Shown here: positions 60,329 through 64,000 of the stretch, one piece after another
How positions within the stretch are numbered: the stretch's first letter is position 1
Layout: each line of letters starts with the position of its first letter
Assembly (NCBI GenBank): GCA_973895155.1
Contig: OZ316892.1
Span: 12,650,238-12,714,237 of the forward strand
Reading direction: 5' to 3'
DNA: 64,000 nucleotides
Origin: Marsupella aquatica
Taxonomy: Eukaryota; Plantae; Marchantiophyta
Program-made: the position numbers and the translations under genes
The notes under the pieces: generated by a model
The model's input: only the letters and a program-made list of their open reading frames with translations
Database searches by the model: none
Told to the model about the DNA's origin: nothing

Positions 60329-61972
60329 ATGGCAGCGATAGGGAAGCTGGATTGGGGAGGCGGGACGGTAGGGGAGAGAAACGGGAAGTGGACCAGCAGG
60401 TCGTCGGCGAAGGGAGTGCTGCCATGGGGGTGTACATTGCATTCAGTGTGGGCGATACTCGTGGCTGCGTCGATGTTGTTGTACGCATTGACGATTTTCG
60501 GCAAGTCCTGTTCTTCAGGGGAAGGAGGACGAGGGAATTCGCAGCTCGAAGGAGGAGGGTCGAATGTGTTGTTCGGAAATGCAAGGCCGGGAATCGAAAT
60601 GCTGCAAAATGCTGCCATCAAAGAGGAGCAGCTGCAAGAGGAGGCGTGGTCAGGGGATTTGAGGGAGCTGGAAACTGCGTGGAATCGACTGTGTTTCGGC
60701 GAGAAGCCACCTGAGAATCTGCGCATTGCGCTGTTTGTGAAGAAGTGGCCCGTGGGAGGGACGCCAGGAGGGCTAGAGCGGCATGCCATGACGTTGCACC
60801 GGGTTCTGGCAGAGCGTGGACATGATATTCACGTGTATACGATGTCCGGCGATAAAGGATTTCCGGAAGATCTTCATGAAGGAAATTTGCATATCCATTT
60901 TGTGAAACCGAATTCAGGGGGAGGATTCCACTATTCAGATGCGTGGGAGTTATATGTAAGGGGAAATCGGAGCCAGCCTTTCGACATCGTGCATTCGGAG
61001 AGCGTCGCACTTCCGCACTGGAGGGCAAGGGATGTTTCAAACTTGGCTGCGTCATGGCACGGCATTGCGTTCGAAGTGATTCACTCCGACATTGTCCATG
61101 ACCTTATTCGCAAACCCGGGGAAGCCCGCAGCAACGAGCTCCAAAAGAGTTTGACAGAGCGGCTCTCGAGAGTTGCGGAGGAGGTGCGCTTCTTCCCCAG
61201 CTACCATCATCATGTTGCCACCAGCGATTACGTCGGGGACGTGCTACGCACAATTTATGAGATTCCGGTCCCCAACGTGCACACAATCTTGAATGGCGTT
61301 GACAAATCGAAGTTCCATCCTGACCCGATAAGAGGCGCTCAATTCCGTGCCAAGTTCGGAGTGCCTGCGAATGCTAGTCTTGTTTTTGGGGTGGCAGGGA
61401 GACTGGTCAGGGACAAAGGACATCCACTCCTGTTTGAAGCCTTCAGCGAAATCGTGAAGCAGCATAAAGATGTGTATCTATTGATCGCAGGAGAGGGGCC
61501 ATGGGGTGACCGATACAGGGAGCTTGCCCCCTACGCAAAGACTCTGGGCCCAATGACTCCGAAGCAGCTTGCAGAATTTTACAATGCGTTGGACATTTTC
61601 GTGAATCCAACTCTTCGATCACAGGGCCTGGATCACACCCTTTTAGAAGCTATGCAATGCGGGAAACCGTTGCTCGCAACGAAATTCTCAAGTATCACAT
61701 GGAGTGTCGTCATAAGCAAAGATTTTGGGTACACCTTCTCACCCAACACAGATTCTCTGATATACGCATTGAACGAGGTCATCAGGGACGGCAAAGAGAA
61801 GTTGAGGCGGAAGGGAGAAGCATGTCTCAACTACGCTTCGATCATGTTCTCCTCCAGCAAAATGGGTGCAGCTTATGAACGACTGTTCTTGTGCATGACG
61901 AACAAGAAATACTGCCATTACCCTCTGCCCCATGACTGTTCTCCTCATCGAAGTAAATACTTCAACCTCTGA
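60329..61972 (+). CDS. Glycosyltransferase family 4 (GT-B fold) membrane-anchored protein, 547 aa, intronless
   Basis: First ATG at 60329 (the ORF track starts at GTG 60323). It has an N-terminal TM segment (VWAILVAASMLLYALTIF), LRIALFVKKWP..PGGLERHA, RGHDIHVYT, ILNGVD, GVAGRLVRDKGH and DIFVNPTLRSQGLDHTLLEAMQCGKP. It resembles the At1g73160/At4g19460 group from memory. Confidence 0.92.
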   Translation: MAAIGKLDWGGGTVGERNGKWTSRSSAKGVLPWGCTLHSVWAILVAASMLLYALTIFGKSCSSGEGGRGNSQLEGGGSNVLFGNARPGIEMLQNAAIKEEQLQEEAWSGDLRELETAWNRLCFGEKPPENLRIALFVKKWPVGGTPGGLERHAMTLHRVLAERGHDIHVYTMSGDKGFPEDLHEGNLHIHFVKPNSGGGFHYSDAWELYVRGNRSQPFDIVHSESVALPHWRARDVSNLAASWHGIAFEVIHSDIVHDLIRKPGEARSNELQKSLTERLSRVAEEVRFFPSYHHHVATSDYVGDVLRTIYEIPVPNVHTILNGVDKSKFHPDPIRGAQFRAKFGVPANASLVFGVAGRLVRDKGHPLLFEAFSEIVKQHKDVYLLIAGEGPWGDRYRELAPYAKTLGPMTPKQLAEFYNALDIFVNPTLRSQGLDHTLLEAMQCGKPLLATKFSSITWSVVISKDFGYTFSPNTDSLIYALNEVIRDGKEKLRRKGEACLNYASIMFSSSKMGAAYERLFLCMTNKKYCHYPLPHDCSPHRSKYFNL

Positions 61973-62134
61973 AGTGGCACTCGTGAACAACAACCTCGCT
62001 GCTCTCCTCATCCAACACTTTTATCGACTAACCTTCAGTTTTCCAGCCAAATCATGTCATGCTACAGGTGTTCAAGAGACCTGCGACCTGCAAAGAGCGA
62101 TTTGTTCCGAAGGTGCTAAAATGCTTCGATTCCC

Positions 62135-62137
<3 letters not shown>

Positions 62138-62176
<39 letters not shown>
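62138..62176. repeat. (GA)n microsatellite in the GT4 3' region
   Basis: About 19 GA units directly visible. Confidence 0.95.
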
Positions 62177-62497
62177 AAATATTTTGGACCGTGGAGTCCC
62201 TGATAGAGATTTGTTTTTAGAGAATTTACCTGCATGCAAGTTTGCAGTTCAGTTGTAGTCAATTAAACTTCAGTGCCTGGGAGTATGGTAGGGCGGAAAT
62301 CTCTTTGATCAGGAGCTCGATTGTTTTGTCACATTGAGCAGTGGCCAGTGCACATGTGCCGTTAGGAGGAGGAGCCACTGTTCTTGTTGGAGTGCCCAGG
62401 TGGGCAGTGACATTAGTTCCACCACTTTGTATCTCATTTTGATACATTATTTTTGAAGTCTTGTTACGAGGTTGCCTAGTGACTGCTTTGTCTAGGT

Positions 62498-62870
62498 TCT
62501 GGTTGGTGCCACTATTTCCCCTCAAAACTTTTGCTAAAGCCCTCATTTTTCAAAGCATCATGGCCCACAATGCCCCATAATCAAGATGTTCCTATATTCA
62601 TAATGAGATATACAAATCTTGGATGTGCATTCTTCTCCATAAATGCAATGAAAATAAAAAAGAGAAAAATAGCACTAGAGGCATCTGGTTGGTGCCACTA
62701 TTGCCCCTCAAAACTTTTGCTAAAGCCCTCATTTTTCAGAGCAGCATGGCCCACAATGCCCCATGATCAAGATGTTCCTATATTCATAATGAGCGATCCA
62801 AGCCTTGGATGTGCATTCTTCTCCACAAATGCAAAGAAAATAAGAAAGATAAAAATTACAAGAGGCATCA
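62498..62870. repeat. Tandem duplication, 186-bp period, of a dispersed-family fragment
   Basis: TCTGGTTGGTGCCACTATT..CCCTCAAAACTTTTGCTAAAGCCC at 62498 and 62684. Confidence 0.9.
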
Positions 62871-64000
62871 AAATATATTAACATTCTGTTGCTCTGGGCC
62901 ATAATGCCTTGAAGGCTTTAGCTGAAGTTTTGAACATAAATATAAAACCAACATATTCTAACAAAGCATGGACAATATTGAAAAATAAATATAGACCTAA
63001 AGAGGGGGGAGGGGGGGGGGGGGAGGGGGGTCTCAAACAAGAAAATTTAAAACAGTAAGAGGGGGTAAAAATAATTCCAAAGTCCAAAAATACAAAGGAT
63101 ACACTTTGTCCAGAATAAATCAAAACTGAAATACATCTCAAAAATCTCAATAAGACAAAGTAACCTGAGTAAGCTCCCTAACAAGGTAACACTTTCTTGT
63201 TGGGGTGCAAGCTTTTTATGTGTGGTGGGAAGTGCTCATAACCAGCAGTAATAACTGAGTGAGAAGAGGGAGAGACCCAAACTGGCTAGCCAAGCCTTCT
63301 CCTGTCTCTCCTGAATTTTTTTTAAAAGCCTGCCCCAACATCGGCTGCCTCTACAATGCAACACTTTTACTCCTGGGTACTCTCACTTTCTTTCTTGGCA
63401 ATAATTTTTGGCAGACCACTAGACAGGGATTCCAAAGACTATTAGCCACTTGTCTGCAACCCAAATAACCAAAGTCTATTAGCCACTTGTCTGCAACCCA
63501 AAGTAGATGGGTAGCCAACTTTCATTACTCCCTAAACCAGTAGGGAGCCACCTTGGCAATGTTTTTAAAATACAGAGAAAATAATATAAAATGTCTGGTC
63601 ATGTTCCACGACAATGGTGCCACGATTGAACGTTTGCCCCCAAATCAGCCCAACTCATTACATGCCCTGCTTTTTTAGAAGACGTGACTTCATTGATTGG
63701 CGGCCTTTAATACAATCATACGCCTTGAGTTTGACTCGACTGAAAATGACATAATTATGCAATCAACGTTAGGGAGCCCCAGTCACAAACTAACTAGTCA
63801 CAAACTAACTAGCAGAAGGATGTTCAGGGGTCGTTAGGATCCAGTTGTGAAATTGTACTATTCAGAGGAAACACATGGAGAGCACTGTGGAGTTGTGAGT
63901 ATGGACGTGTATACTGAACCTGGTAGATCGCTTGGATGTAACGGGGATGATGAGCGGTTTAGGAGCATGAACCACTGACAAGCTCTCTTTGAACTGAGGG

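Larger units (their letters stand above)
51000..63420. repeat. Dispersed repeat family with several diverged fragments in both orientations
   Basis: Shared blocks (GGAGAAGAATG..CATTCA.GATTTGGA; AGGCCTTTAA.TGTAATAATGTCAT; GGAGAAGTTTCATAATGAG; AAGTGCTCATAACCAGCA; GCCTGCCCAAACATC; GGTACTCTCACTTT) at about 51020-51300, 53350-53900, 57595-57830, 58060-58440, 58945-59050, 62500-62920 and 63225-63400. The span given is the envelope, not one element. Confidence 0.75.

Overview
This is eukaryotic land-plant nuclear DNA, with spliceosomal introns and plastid transit peptides. A bryophyte, probably a liverwort, is inferred from gene structure and protein resemblance and is not proven. Six protein-coding genes were assembled by hand with frame-consistent splice junctions: (1) an intronless KNR4/SMI1-like plant protein (10765-12600, +); (2) a 12-exon kinesin-13 (17070-25534, -) with one GC-AG intron; (3) a 5-exon RWP-RK transcription factor (29711-36349, -) that appears to carry an N-terminal ubiquitin-like beta-grasp domain; (4) an 8-exon plastid ferritin (40470-42593, -); (5) a 4-exon chloroplast alkenal/one oxidoreductase (45880-48419, -); (6) an intronless GT4 glycosyltransferase (60329-61972, +). 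Intergenic DNA holds non-autonomous Helitron-like elements (two head-to-tail, one inverted), a solo LTR with a 5-bp target-site duplication nested in the inverted copy, a collapsed Copia remnant, a dispersed repeat family and many local tandem duplications. The best leads are the UBL + RWP-RK architecture, a duplication-derived candidate poison exon and an IDRS-like motif in ferritin, and an interleaved A-B-A'-B' inverted repeat. No rRNA, tRNA or CRISPR array was seen. Family assignments come from recalled motifs; no database search was run.
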